Shown here piece after piece: positions 38,721-51,300 of a stretch of 64,000 nt of DNA. This stretch comes from Prorocentrum cordatum (Eukaryota), in the NCBI GenBank assembly GCA_963575745.1, contig CAUYUJ010000270.1:124001-188000 (forward strand). Direction: 5' to 3'. The translations under genes were made by a program, and so were the position numbers. The stretch's first letter is position 1. Each line of letters opens with the position of its first letter. The notes beneath the pieces are model-generated. The model made no database searches. It had not been told where the DNA came from and was given only the letters and a program-made list of their open reading frames with translations.

Positions 38721-39183
38721 CACGACTTGAATGATGCGCTTGGTCTTGATACCGCAACTGCGTTTACATGTCCCCGCGGTACATCATGCCAAACGCCATG
38801 TACTTGCCGTAGCCAGGGTCACACTTCACGTACATGTGTGCGGGCTCGAAAACGGGCATGGTGATGTCCTCCACTGACAGCTGCACTAGGTACGCCATCT
38901 CCGCAGAATTCCCGCGCGCACAGCTCGAGAGTATGAAGTGGATGCGCGTGTCGGGCACCAAATTGTTAACGGGCGAAGAACGGTATAACATTTTTGTTTC
39001 GCCGTCGGGGGCGCCTGTCCCTGGGCGGCTGGAAAGTTTATACCCCTACGGTGCCACCGTAAGGGTATAAACTTTCCAGCCGCCCTGGGACAGGCGCCCC
39101 CGACAGCGAAAACAATTATTTTATACCGTTCTTCGCCCGTTAAAATTGGTCTGCAACTCGGCGATGTCCACGTTCGGGGCGTA
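38721..39183 (-). pseudogene. TUBA: Alpha-tubulin intronless fragment (roughly residues 247-344), interrupted by a MITE
   Basis: [23 protein letters not shown]...[46 protein letters not shown]...IKTKRIIQ matches alpha-tubulin NVD.TEFQTNLVPYPRIHF.LSS...SAEKAYHEQLSVAEIT...FEPA...VKCDPRHGKYMACC.MYRGD...IKTKRTIQ. Confidence 0.93.
38965..39143. mobile_element. 179-bp near-perfect palindromic MITE with AATT target-site duplication
   Basis: Arms ttaacgggcgaagaacggtataa...acggtg / caccgt...ttataccgttcttcgcccgttaa centred at 39054. AATT lies at 38961-38964 and 39144-39147; removing the element and one copy restores the tubulin QTNLVP codons. Confidence 0.92.
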
Positions 39184-40099
39184 TAGCGCGGCGGCACAGC
39201 CGTGCCTAGCCGTCGGAGGCGGAGCGGGGACAGTAGGTGGGAAAGACACCAAAAACTTCAGAAAGCGCTGTTGGCATGCGAAGGAATTGCCGTGCACTGC
39301 CGTGCCTGGCTGTTTGTTCACTGCAATCAGGAAGAAATTCCATGCCGCCGCGTGGCGACCATGCTTATCATCATGCAGCGTCGGTTTTTAGGGTGTCTTG
39401 TCTATATGGTTTCGGTTTGCCGGAAGCGGCCCCAGAAATTCGGCCGTCGCCGCAGCGAGACGATCTATGCAAGCATCCCTGTCCAGAGGCACAGCGCGCC
39501 GGGTTTCATAAAGCATTGGGCCGCGGCGCGCTCAGAGCACGATTAACCGCGCCGAGTCAGCCCTCACCGACCTGCAACGTGAGAGCGGGACCGGCTCAAT
39601 CGCATATTCCTGGGCGGCATTGGGCGGCTTGGGCTATCAGGCCCCTGTTGGTGATCAATGTGCGATCGGGGGTCGATGCGTCCTCCCCTGAGCCATCCCC
39701 CCCGTAAGGTTGACCCTGACTTACTGACTGCGACATCTTGGCCCGCATTGTTGGGCAAAGGAGCGACAGGAAGGTGGCGGGGGGGGGGCAGGCGCGGCCA
39801 TCAGCAGGGTGCCGGTCGCAAGGGCCCGCAGCTGGGCGTCGGCTGAGCAGGACAAGGGGGAAAAAGCGAAGTGGAAGAGAATGAGGGACGGGGTTGCACT
39901 CCTCTTCCTCCACTCTTTCTTCGTCCCCATTTTCTCCTTCCGCTCTGTTCTCCCCGTCCATCGTTCACTTCCCGCCTCTCCCCCCCTCTCCGCCCCCCTT
40001 CCTCCCCCGTCCTATTACCTCTCCGTCCTCCCTGGTGATGCCCCCCTCTCCCGTCCACATCCTCCTCCTCCGTCAAAGTACGTCAATGGTTAAATTCAT

Positions 40100-40412
40100 T
40101 GACCTCTGGGGACCTCCTTCTCCTCCTCATTTTCCTCCTGGTCGTCCTCTTCCTCCTCTTCCTCCTGTTCCTCCTCCTCCTCCTCCTCCTCCTCCCCCTC
40201 CTCCTCCTCCCCATCCTCCTCCTCGTTGTCGTCCTGTTTCTTCTCCTCCTCCCCCTCCTCCTCCTCCTACATCCTCCTACCTCCGTCCCCCCGTCCCTCC
40301 CTCATCCTTTCCCTTTCTCCCTCCCACCCCACTCCCCCTGCTCCTTCCTCCACCCCCATCGCTCCTCCCCCCCACTCCTCCATCCCTCTACCCCTCCCCC
40401 CTCCCCCCTCCT
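40100..40412. repeat. (CCT)n / pyrimidine-rich low-complexity tract
   Basis: Directly visible. Confidence 0.9.
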
Positions 40413-40736
40413 CAATCACGAAGCACAACCATGAAAAACGCCGGCGGCGGGGCGAAGGGAACTCTTGGTCTGTGAGTTCGCTGACCTCACATAGTTAGGC
40501 GCAGCCCAAAGCACGAACGGATCGCTCTGTAGTAAACACGTGCTCCAAAACGACGACACATGCGACGATGACAACGACGACGAGGCCGAGAAGGAAGACG
40601 GCGACGACCCTACCTTCAAATGCGTTACATGACCTTCGCCGTGTATAGCCACGTTCGGCAAAGCCCTGCTGCGATCATCAACAACACTACAATATCAATA
40701 CTCACTTCGAGCAAACCGATCACGTTTCAAGCTTGC

Positions 40737-40768
<32 letters not shown>

Positions 40769-41061
40769 CAAAAAAAAAAAAACTAAACACAAAAAAACGA
40801 AAAAAAAACAGAGACAAACAGAAACATAGACAGACGGACAGACATAAAAAGGCAGGCACACAAATTCTGCGCACGAGGTCTGTCGGAAAAAGGAACACTC
40901 GCACGTAGAAAAACAAAACCGCCCAACGAAGCAGGTTGCGCTGCTGCTGGCGCCCCATCCCAGGATAACTCTCGTACAGGGATTTCCTCGAGGGGGGCGG
41001 GAATCCCACCTGCCCTCAGGGCGACAGGTGGTCTAACGAGGGTCTCTCTCATTTGTTTTGT

Positions 41062-41093
<32 letters not shown>

Positions 41094-43319
41094 CCACGAC
41101 CCGTCTTCCACTCGGGGAAGGGAACACTCCCCTCCCCTCCCCTCCCAGGGTGTTTTTTTTTGGAAAAAGGCCCGATGTGTCACACGGTCCTTTTTCGGCC
41201 GGGTCACTTTCTGACACCACTTCCGAGGATCGTGGCCCCCGAAAGGCCGAGCGGGGGAACTACATCGAGGACCCCATCATTTGACCGACCGCCTCTAAAA
41301 TGGTCCCAAAAGGCCCCCCCAAGGCTCCCCAGAGGCCCCCAAGAGGGCTGCAAGAGCGCCCGAAGAGGCCCCAAGAGGCCTCCAAGAGGCACCCCAGAGG
41401 CACCCAGGAAGCCCCTGAGAGTCAGAGCCCAAAATGACCTCCACGCGGGCCTGGAGATGGCCCCAACACGCCGTCCAGGCCGGCTTCCCTCGCTGCTTGA
41501 CTATGCGTGTCTCTTCCTGTCTTCCCCCGTCAGTTCTCGTGGGCATCGTTTCTGGATGGGCTGGTGGGGATACGCGAAGCGTCAAGACCTGCTCGCCACC
41601 GATCCGACGCCCCAGCGACGCGGCGCCCGCCATGCGCCGCCCACTGGACCCCGGCCAGCGCAACGGCCGGCCGGGCGCCGAGCAGGGCACCGCCGCCCCC
41701 AGGTCGCCAGTTGTCGGCCGCCCGCGGCGCTTCCCACGCCGCCCAAGCCTGTTCAGCAGCCGTGCGTCCGCCGTCTCAGCGGCGCCCGGCGCGGCAGTTA
41801 TCCGCGCAATCGCGGGTCGCACTCCAGCGCGCATGCGCGGGTCCTCGCCCGCGCGCAGCCGTCGCCCCCAACGACGAGGCTGGCCGCCCGCCGGCGCGCG
41901 CGCCGCGACCCGCTGCCCCGCCGCGGTGCCCTCAGCGGGGTGCTGCACGGACGCTTCGAGCCAGCGGCGGCCATCGTCTTCCTGACACTCGAAATCGATC
42001 ACGTCGCGCTCCGTCACCTCGGCGCGGCCCGGCCGCGGCCTGTCTGAGAGGGCCCTCGCAGTCCGCCGAGCCGTCCCGCCAGTCTGTCGCGCCTGCGCAC
42101 CACCCCGCTGCCGCTCTGGCAGGTGGCGTCTTGGTAACCGAGGTCGCCCAGCGGCCGAGCGCAGACCTCGCCGCCCCCCAGAGGTGGAGCCGGGGGCGCG
42201 CGCCCCCCCCCCCCCCAGCGCGCGTCTTCGAGCGCGCAGAGCGCCTCGGCGGGTTGCTCAGGAAGGCTGCCGCGCCTGGCCCAGCTTGCCCTCGCAGAGT
42301 GGCTTGTTGGAGGGGCGCAGCGCGGTGTGCCTGTTGCACCTTCTCCACAGTTATGCATTGTTTGAGCTCGTGCGCCAGGCTGTTAGCCAGCACTCCGCCG
42401 TCCGCCGGCACCCTTCGTTTCCTCCAGCTTGCGCGCGACGCTTGGGTTCTGGCGCGGTCGGGTCCTTCGGCGGCTGGGCCTGGCCCTTGCTTCTGGCCTC
42501 GGCCATGGCCGTGGCCCTGGCAAGGCGGTTTTCGCTCGCGCCCCGAAGCTTCTGGGCCCGCTCGTTGCCTCGAGCGCGCGCCGCGCTGACGCTGATGGGC
42601 GGCCGGCGGCCCTCGCCTCGGATCTCGCGCGGGGCGCGCCCGGCCCACTTCGTCGCCCAGAGCCTCCAAGACCGGCCGTCCACTCGGAACGTCTCGTCGC
42701 TGCTTGCAGGGCATTCCTCGCCGAGGCCGATGGCGCCGAGCTTCCATGGAATCCTCGCGGCGGCCTGCTTAGCGCACCTGGACGGCTTCTTGAAGGCGTC
42801 GCGGCACTCGACGGCCACGCCCGCCCCCTTCGGGGGCGCCTCGAGGTAGGTGCGACGCGGGGGGGCCTCGGATCGCACCGCGATCAGCAGGTGCTCGGCC
42901 TCGTCGACTCCCTCGGCCTGGCGCTTCTGCCCCTCGGGCTGCTGGGCGCCGGTTTCGTCCTCGCCCTGGCCCTCTCGAGCCGAGGCGGCGGCCGCCGCGG
43001 GCCCGACCGCCGCGCGTCGACCTCGCCGATCAGCGCGCGCACCGCGCCCAGCTCGAGGGCGTCGCCCCTCTGGATCTGCTCGCAGTTCATGATCGCGCAC
43101 TCCTTGGCGACCTCTGCGCGCCGAGCTGCCCTGCGCTGGCGCCAGTCCAGCTGCTGCGGCTTGGGGAACTTGTGATCCTGCTCAACCGTGACCCGCGATG
43201 CTCGGGGGCCCACGGGCTCTCGTCAGCGTCCGCCTGCTTCCGCCCCCTGGCGCCAAGCTTCCACCAGCTCCTGCCTTCGCGCCCGCCAGCCCCCGCCTCC
43301 CCCTGGCGCCTGGACTGGA

Positions 43320-43612
43320 AAATGAGAGCCCCATAGCCCTGCCATGCGTTCGTGACTGGGGAGAATTAGCTGAAGTGGTGAGAATCCAATGGCCCTGCCA
43401 TACGTTCGTGACTTGGGAAATCTGCGATGGCGAAAATACGATGGCCCTGCCGCGCGTTCCTGACTTGGGAAGCGCTGAGAAAATGAAATCCCGCATCCCT
43501 GCCACGCGCTCATGACTTGGGAAAGCTGAAGTGGCGAGAATAACTTATCATGGCCCTGCCACAAGGCCGAGAAAATAAACCCCGTAGCCCTGCCACACAA
43601 TCGTGACATCGC
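43320..43612. repeat. ~52-57-bp tandem repeat; related array at ~51800-51965
   Basis: Unit ccctgcca..cgttcgtgacttgggaa..ctg..atggcgagaa at both loci. Confidence 0.85.
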
Positions 43613-43949
43613 TTCCATCTTCGCTCCCGCCTTCGCTTCTGCCGCCCCCCATTGCTTCCGCCAGCCCCCGCCGCCCCCCCCCCCCCCAGCCCCTATTCCC
43701 CCTCCTCCGGGCCCTCCTCGGGCGGAAGCAGGTCGAAGCTAAGGAGCACCCGTGGGCCTCCGAGCCGCGGCGCCGCTGATCTTAAGGATCGCCGCGGTCT
43801 AGGCCTCGCGCGCTCGGTGACGGCGGGCGCCCTCGGTGCCCTGGACTCGCCGGCCGCTCTGGGCCCTGCCGCGCCTGCCCCTGCGGGGCCCCCTCCTCGG
43901 CGACGCGGGCCGCCATGCCGTGCCGGGGGGAGGGCCTTGATGCCCACCT

Positions 43950-45742
43950 TCGCCATGGCCCTCCCATCATTATTCTCGCCCTGGCCCGTCTGCGCCTTGA
44001 CCTTGAACCTCCGGGAAAAGCTCGTCTTGATGTTCGAGGCCCTGCGTGGGAGTCTCGCCTCGGCCGCGCCTCGGCCCGGGCGCTCGAGGCCCGAGCGAAG
44101 CCTCGCCGCCAGTCTCGGCCTTCGCGCGCTGCCGCGCCGCAGCTCGCCCTGGAGAAGGCCCGGGAACTTGGCCGCTCACCTGCTCGCGCGCGCAGTTGCG
44201 CGAGCCACCTTGAATCGCTTCTTGAGACGGCGCGGGAACTGGGCCTCCTTGATCTGGTCTTCGGGCGGCCAGAGCACGCCCCTCTGCTCGTCGGTGGGCT
44301 CGAGGTCCACGTCTCGGAGCTCCAAGAAGCAGGGGATCTCGCCCTCCTCGCAGTTCTCGGGCGAAACCTGGACGCAGAAGCAATCGCCGTCGAGGGCGCG
44401 CCAGTCGGGCGCGGGCGGCGCGCTGTCGGGGCAGGGCAGGACGCTGGCGCTCGCTCGCCAACCACAAATCGACGCCGCGGCCGGGCTCGACGGCGCAGCC
44501 CCCGGGCCCCAGGTGCCCTGCCCGGCCGGCCGGACCACGAGCATGTGGTTCGCTTGCAGCCTTTCGAGCGGCACCGCCTCCTTGCGCTCGTCGCGGAAGC
44601 GGGCGCAGGACTCGGATGCGCAATAGAGGCGCTCGCGGGGCCCCTAGCGGGTCGGGAACTCGCGCTTCTTCTCGGGCTCGGCCTTCGCCTTCTGGGCACA
44701 GTCCTTCTCCGTGGCCCAGTGCGTGTCTGCCTTGACCTCTCGGGTCGCGGCCTTGAGCTGGCCGTGCTCGTCGGTGCCTGGCCCATGCAAGAAGCTCGCG
44801 ACGTCGGGGGCCGCGGGCGCGCGGGCCACGTTCTCAAGCCACGCTCGGAGCGCGACGGCCCCGGCCCACTGGCTCGAGAGGCAGTCCGCGAACGAGGCCC
44901 TGGCCGCGCTGCTCCTCGATGAAGTCGATGGCCCAGGAGGCGGTGAGCCTCGTCCGCGCGTCGATGACCTCGAAGATCCTCGCGCGGCCCTCCTCGGAAC
45001 TCGAGCAGAGCGCTGCGCCGGCCCATGAGCAACGCGCTCGAGTGCTCGCCCGCTCGGAAACGCTCCGTCTTTCAGTCGCCCCGCTCGTAGGTGGCGTCGC
45101 GCCGCCGGGCGCCGCCCTCGAGGTTCGCGCGGCTTACTCGGCAGTGCATGGCGCGGGGAGCGAGGGGCACGCTGCGCTTCATGGCAGACTTGGGCCCCGC
45201 GCCTGGGTCGAAGCAGCCCTCGACGGCGGAGATGCTGACGAGGGCGATCCTGCACTTGCCCCCTGCGCTCGAGTATGCTTTGCCCACTTGCTCCCCGTGG
45301 TCGGGGTGGCCCGCCAAGAACTTGGCATCCTCGGCCTCGATGGCTGCCCTGCCCCCTGGCACTGCGCCCCGCGGAACTTGCGGCGGAGGTTATGGATGCG
45401 TTTCTTGGCGCCTGCGGCTTAGATCTCGCTCTCGCGGGCGCCCGCTACCTCCTCGCCCCAGAGCTTCGGCCAGAACGCGGCGGCGCCGGCGCGGGCCGCG
45501 CTCGCTCTGGCCCCTGCTCGGCGAAGGCCCAAGGGCCCGCCGAGGTCCTCGGGGCCGCCCCCCCTCGCCACCAGGCGACAATGGGCTCTGCGGGGGGGGG
45601 GGGGGGGTGTGATGGCAGAACGGCGCCAGGAGCGTCATAATACTGGGCATCATAATAATGGCGCCACGCAGCCCCCACCCCCTCCGCCGCGCGGCTCCGG
45701 CACCGCGGCCGCGCCCTCGCGCGCGACGACCTTGGGCGACGA

Positions 45743-45780
<38 letters not shown>

Positions 45781-47400
45781 AGCAACATGCAAGTGGCGAC
45801 CTGCCCGCGGCGCCCGCGCATACCGCAGCGCGCGCGAGCGCCGCAGCGCGCGCGCGCCGCGGTGCCCGCGCGCACCGCAACAGCCGCATGCGACGCAGCG
45901 CCTGCGCGCACCGCACTGCTCACGCGCGCCGCAGCGCCGGTGCGCGCCGCGGCGAATGCGTGGCACCGCAGCAAACACCACGCTGTGCACACCACGCTCG
46001 CGTGTACCGCAACGCCTGCGCGCGCCGCCAAAACCGCGGACACTGCAATGCTCGCGTGCACCGCAGCGCGCGCGTGCGACGCAGTGCCCGCGCACACCGC
46101 AGCGGCCGCGTGCGACGCGGCGCCTGCGTGCACGGCAGCGCTCGCGCGCACCGCGGCGCCGGCGTAGGCCACGGCGAATGCGCAGCACCGCAGCAGCCAT
46201 ATCCAACGCAGAGCCCGTGTACACTGCACTGCTCGCGCACACCGCAGCGCCCGCGCACGCCGCAACGCCTGTCTACACCGCAGCGCCCGCGCGCTCGCAG
46301 CGCCGGCGCGCGCCGCAGCGCCTGCGCGCACGGGGCATGTAGAGGAGCGCGCAGGCGAGGATCTGCCGCGGACTGCTAACCGCGGCCAGAGAAGTGCTGA
46401 TAATAGATTGCGACGTTCTTCCCTCTCCCCTCCTCTGCCACCTCCACCTCCGCCTCCACCTCCTCCTCCTCCTCCTCCTCCTCCTCCTCCTCCTCCCCCA
46501 CCCCCCGATGCGGATCCTCGTGGGATTCCCAGCGCAGACCTGACTCCAACGCGGACTTCAAGGCGGGCGCCGATGGAGATGCGGGCGCGCACGGCGGCAT
46601 CGACCTGGGCGCGCTGGAGGGGGGGGGGGGGGGGGGGGGGGGTCGCGATGTAGGGGAGGGGGGGGGGGGGGGGGGGCGGGTGCCGCGGCGCCAGCCATGC
46701 CATCGTGCCCCGAGAAATGAAGAAACGCGCTCGCGCAAGAACCTATCGGCCGTGGCCCGGGTTACCTTGGCCATCTCTTTGTAGAGCGCCTCGCCCCTCT
46801 GGCCGCGGGGGCGCCGGCCTCTGCGCCAGCTCGCGCGCGGCCGGGGCGAACTCGCCCGCTCACTTCTCGTTGTGATTGCACTTCTGGTTGATCGCGAGGG
46901 TCTTCAGGCGCTCGGCAACCCACTCGTGGACCTCGGCGCTGTAGCTTTTGCGCTCGGCCTGTCTCAGGTGGAGCAGTTTGTCCCGGTCGAACTCTGGCAC
47001 TGAGCGCACCCGCGTCGCGATCGTCTCCCCCGCGACCTCGCGGCCGCGCTCGCCCCCCCGCTTGGGCCCGCGCTCCGCGCGGCGCATGGCGCCCTTGAGC
47101 GGGCGTTCGGCGGTGACCAGACAGGGCGTCTCGCGGGAGAGCCCGGCGCCCTCGCTTTTGCGCTCGCCGCAGCTGGGGCGGGCGCGCCCGCGGGCTCGGA
47201 GACCGTTCTTGCCGGGCCTCGCCGCGCCAACTCTCTCCTCGAGAGCCGCCCGGCGCCCGTGCCAGCTCGCGACCGTCTCCTCGCTGCAGCGCCACTTCTC
47301 GCGCAGCTTGGCCCTGGCGGCGCCGGGCGGGCGGGGGGGCTTGCCGACGCTGCGATCGTCGGCGCGCTCGCTCCAGTCGAGGATGACCTGGAGCTTGGAT
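43950..47400 (-). pseudogene. Probable pogo/Fot1-type (DD35D) DNA transposase relic, interrupted by satellites at ~45420-46740
   Basis: FADCLSSQW...APDVASFLHGPGTDEHGQLKA resembles the DDE_1 motifs D...PxxTSxLQPxD...K, with 35 residues between the Asp and the Gly (GGC, one transition from Asp). Further protein-like minus-strand fragments flank it. Confidence 0.4.
45800..46335. repeat. 18-bp degenerate minisatellite (gcgcgcaccgcagcgcct-like)
   Basis: Tandem units that translate as TAAPAR-like hexapeptides. Confidence 0.85.
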
Positions 47401-49499
47401 GGCGCTGGTGGGTCTCGTCGCAGCGCGGGGGCAGCCCGCGGCTTGCGCGCCCCCTCGCAGCGCTCGGCCCCCCCTCGGGCCCGCCGCCGAGGCCCGAGCC
47501 TCGCCCGACGCCTCGCCAGAGGTCCTGCGGGCCCGGGGTCGGCCGTCCAGAAAAATTGAATTCGGGGCGCGAAATTCTACGCGTAAAACCAAATCCTTTT
47601 TCATCGCTCTCAATCGCACACGCGCAGTGGGAGGGGCCCATGGCGGCCCGTTCCAGGGGGGGGAAATGAAGAGACCTGGCCCGGGGGCCTGGGCGGGGGG
47701 AGGGAGGGGGGGGGCGGGGCAGATATCCTCGTCTGCTACCCCAGCCTCGAGCCTCTTGGCCTCGAGGTCCTCGTGGAAGCTCGCGGCAGCGGCGGCGCCC
47801 TCGCGCGGCGATGCCCTGGGCTCCTCGCGGGGCCTCGGGGTCTCCGCGGGCGAGCTGTCGAGCCCCCGGAGGGCTGACAAGCTCGACCGGTTGGTCGGCA
47901 CCCTGACGGCGTCTCGCCCCATCGAGACCTCGCTGCAAAGCTGTTCTGGTTCGAGCCTCGATGGCGTGAGCAGGCGTGGCCGCGGATAGTGTTGGTTTCT
48001 TGTTGTCACGGGCTAATAATACTGGTTCGCTGTTGTTGCTTTCTAGTTGTTAACTTATGACTGCTGCTGCTGGGCGTGCTCCTTTCTGGCGTTGGTGGCT
48101 GATTGTTGTAAGAAGATTGGTGCTGCTGGTGCGTGCGCTTGTGTCGATGGCGACCTGAGGTCGCTGGCGTTGGAAGCCTCGGTTTGCTAGTATGTTGCGA
48201 GGTTCTTCTTGTCATAGTATGATTGCCACCTTCTTTTTGCCAACTTGTCATTAGCTTATTACTGACAGCTTCTCGTCGTTAGCTTATTGTTGTTGTTAGC
48301 TTCTTTGCATTCGCATATTGTTGTTGCTGGTGTTGCTGTCGTTGGTGCTGTTGCATGCAGTTGTGCTAGTTGCTGGTTATGTTGATGTGCTCGTTGCTGC
48401 TGCTGTTGCTGACTGTGCTTTGCTGTCGTTGTTGCTGTTGTTGCTTGCTGTTGCATCGGCTCGCGCTGTTCTCGTTTTCTCCCCGCTGCGCCGCAGCCTG
48501 GGCGCTCGGCCGCAGCTCGCCCCCAGCGGCCGGGCACCCGCTGGAAAGACGCCCGCGCCATGGCCTCGGCGTCCTCCTCAGGAACGGCCCATGGCGAGTC
48601 CTGCCTCGCCAGCGCGAGATCGCCCGCGACCTCGGCGAGCTGAAACTGGACGACTTAGTCCCCGGACTCGACTCGACGACGTCGAGCTGGTTGTTCTCGA
48701 GCAGAGGTCCTCGACCTGCTTCTCCTGTGGGCAGCTGTTCTCGAGCTGCCCGGCGGGCGGCTTGTACTTGAGCTCGCTGTCCTCGGCCTTGCGCTTGGGC
48801 TCGCTGTCCGCGACCCCGCCCCCCTTGACCTCGATGCTCTGGTCCTGGAGCTGCGCGCTCTGGGGCTATGCGTCCTCGGGATGTTCCTCGACAAGCTGGC
48901 TGTTCTCGACGGCCGCGTCGCGGGCCTGGGCGCCCTCGCCATCCAAGAGCTGGCTGTCCAGGGGCCCGGCGTGAACCTGGGCCCGGGAGCCCTCGCGTTC
49001 GCCCTCGCAGCTGCTGGCTCGGCCCCCCCGCGTTCTCTCGATCCTTCTCGATCCTGACGTCGAGCGGAAGCGCCTCGCCGCGACCGCTGGCATGGCCATC
49101 GGCGCCTAACTGGAGACTCTGGTTGGCTCGGCGCTCGAAAGTTAGTCAAAGGATCCTAATGGTTCCGGGTGGTCGTTGCTGCCGTTGTTGCTGTTGCTGT
49201 TGCTGGTGTTGCAGTTGTTGTTGCTGTTGTTGTTGGTGTTTCTGTTGTCGCTTTCTGTTGTTGCGATGGTTTCTGGTGCTGTTGCCTGCTGTTGGGGTAC
49301 TGGTTGCTGCAGCTGTTGGTTTTGCTGTTGTTATTTATGTCGCTGCTGTTGCTTGCTGTTCTCGTTGCCGTCGCCGTCGCTGTCGCCGACTCGCCGACTC
49401 GCCGTCGCCGACTCGACGTCGCCGCCTCGACGTCGGCGTCGCCGATTCGCCCTCCACATCGCACAATGCCCCGCGTAGATTGCACCGCATTAGGCAGCA

Positions 49500-49537
<38 letters not shown>

Positions 49538-49549
49538 CAACACAGACTG

Positions 49550-50370
49550 CACCACATCGGGCCCCGACAATCCTCTGGCCTCGCGGCCTGGGCCCGACGA
49601 CGGCGACGACGACGGTCAACGATCGCCTAGGCTCGATCCTCGATCCTTGGATTGTGGACCCAAGGTCCTCGAGTCCAACTTGAGCGGTCCTCGGATCTAG
49701 GATCCGCGAAGCTCGAAAACGCTCGGATCCAAGATCGAGGGTCATCGCTCCGAGGATCGAGGATCGGGCCTCGTCGATGGCGGGCCTGGTGATGGTGACG
49801 AGAACGATCGACGACCGCCGAGGCTCGATCCTCGATCCTCGGATCGAGGTCCCCAGATCGTTCAGTCAAAACTGAGAAATCCTCGGGTCAAATACCCGAG
49901 GTGCTCGAAGAAGCTCGATCAACGAGCTCAGAGATCCTCGGATCAAAGATCGCGGATCCTCGATCCGAGAATCAAGGATCGAGCCTCGTAGATGGCGGTC
50001 TGGGCCCCGTGATGGCGACGAGGGCGATCGACGACGGCCGAGGCCCGGTCCGCGATCTACGAATCGAGGATCCTCTATTTTGGACCCAAGCTGGGCGATT
50101 CTCGGGTCGAGGACTCACGGTGCTCGAAGACGCTTGGATGCAAGATGCAGGATAATTGATGCAAGGGTCGAGGATCGAGCCTCGTTGATGGCGGCCTGGG
50201 CTCGACGACGGCGACGGGCGCGATCGTAGATCGCCAAGGCTCGATCCTCGATCCTCGGATCGGGGGCCCAAGATTCTCGCGCCCAAGCTGGGCGGCGCTC
50301 GAAGATGCCCGGATGCGAGATAGATGAGCGTCGATGCGAGGATCGAGGATTGAGCACCGTCGATGGCGCG
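49550..50370. repeat. GATC/TCGA-dense degenerate repeat cluster
   Basis: Recurrent ggctcgatcctcgatcctcggatcg and its reverse complement gaggatcgaggatcg. Confidence 0.8.
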
Positions 50371-50584
50371 CTCGACTTTCTTGTGCTCGGCGAGAGGGGG
50401 AGCGGCTTGAGACGCGCCCCTCATGGGGAATGCCTCTCAGGAAATGGGTGGCTCGATAGCGCGCGGCTCGGGGCGCTCGCCTCGCGCGGTCGCCGCGCGC
50501 CGCTTTAGGCGCGCATCGTGGTCGACCCCTCGGCCCCTGGCTCGCCCTTCGCCCGGGTCTCGCTCTTCCGGGCCGCGCGCTTGG

Positions 50585-51300
50585 CGGGCTGCTCAGTGTG
50601 CTGAACGTGGACCTCGGTGATGGACGGAAACTCAATTTCGGGGAACGCCCGCTCGCGCGCGGCGCGCATCTCGCTCGCTTCCACGTCAAACTTGAGGCGA
50701 TTGATCGCGTGATGCTCGTGGCCGAGCTCGCGCGACATGTCGACGGTCCGCTCGACGCGCCAACGGCACTGGACGATGCGCTCGGTTGTCGCCAGGGCCC
50801 TGTCGGGGCTCGACGCCGCGTAGTTTCCGCGGCACCAGTCCACGCACTGCTTGACCTTCTCGGGGATATGCTCGCAGACGTCGGCCATGGCGGAAGTGTG
50901 CTCGTCGAGGGTTTTCTGGGCGGGCCCGAAGCTCTGGTCGAGCGGCAGCACCAGCTCGTGGAGGTACTGGAGCCGCGAGGAAATCTCGGCGAGGGACTCG
51001 CCGACGCGCTCGGCGTGGGGGCGCGACCACGCCGATGCCGAGCTCCATGCCCATGGCCATGGCAAGCTCGAGCATCTCGAAGCGGAAGTTCAGCATGAGC
51101 CAGAAGAGGATATCGGGTGGCTCGCCGCGGTCCTCGAAGATGTCGCGCAAATACTCGCTGCGCTCGACGCGCGTCTTGCGCGAGCGGGCGACTGCCAGCC
51201 CGGCGCGCCGCTGACCTCTATCCTTGAAGATGCCCGCGCACTCGGTCGCCATGAGGCAAAACAACGAACACTTCAGAATCCAATCGGTCATCGTGATGGG
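50585..51300 (-). pseudogene. Frameshifted protein-like fragment of unknown identity
   Basis: Overlapping ORFs 50686..51360 and 50505..51065 have natural-looking amino-acid composition. No motif recognised. Confidence 0.25.

Noticed and set aside
45390..46703. 437-aa Ala-rich ORF
   Set aside because: Built from an 18-bp minisatellite plus G and CCT runs.
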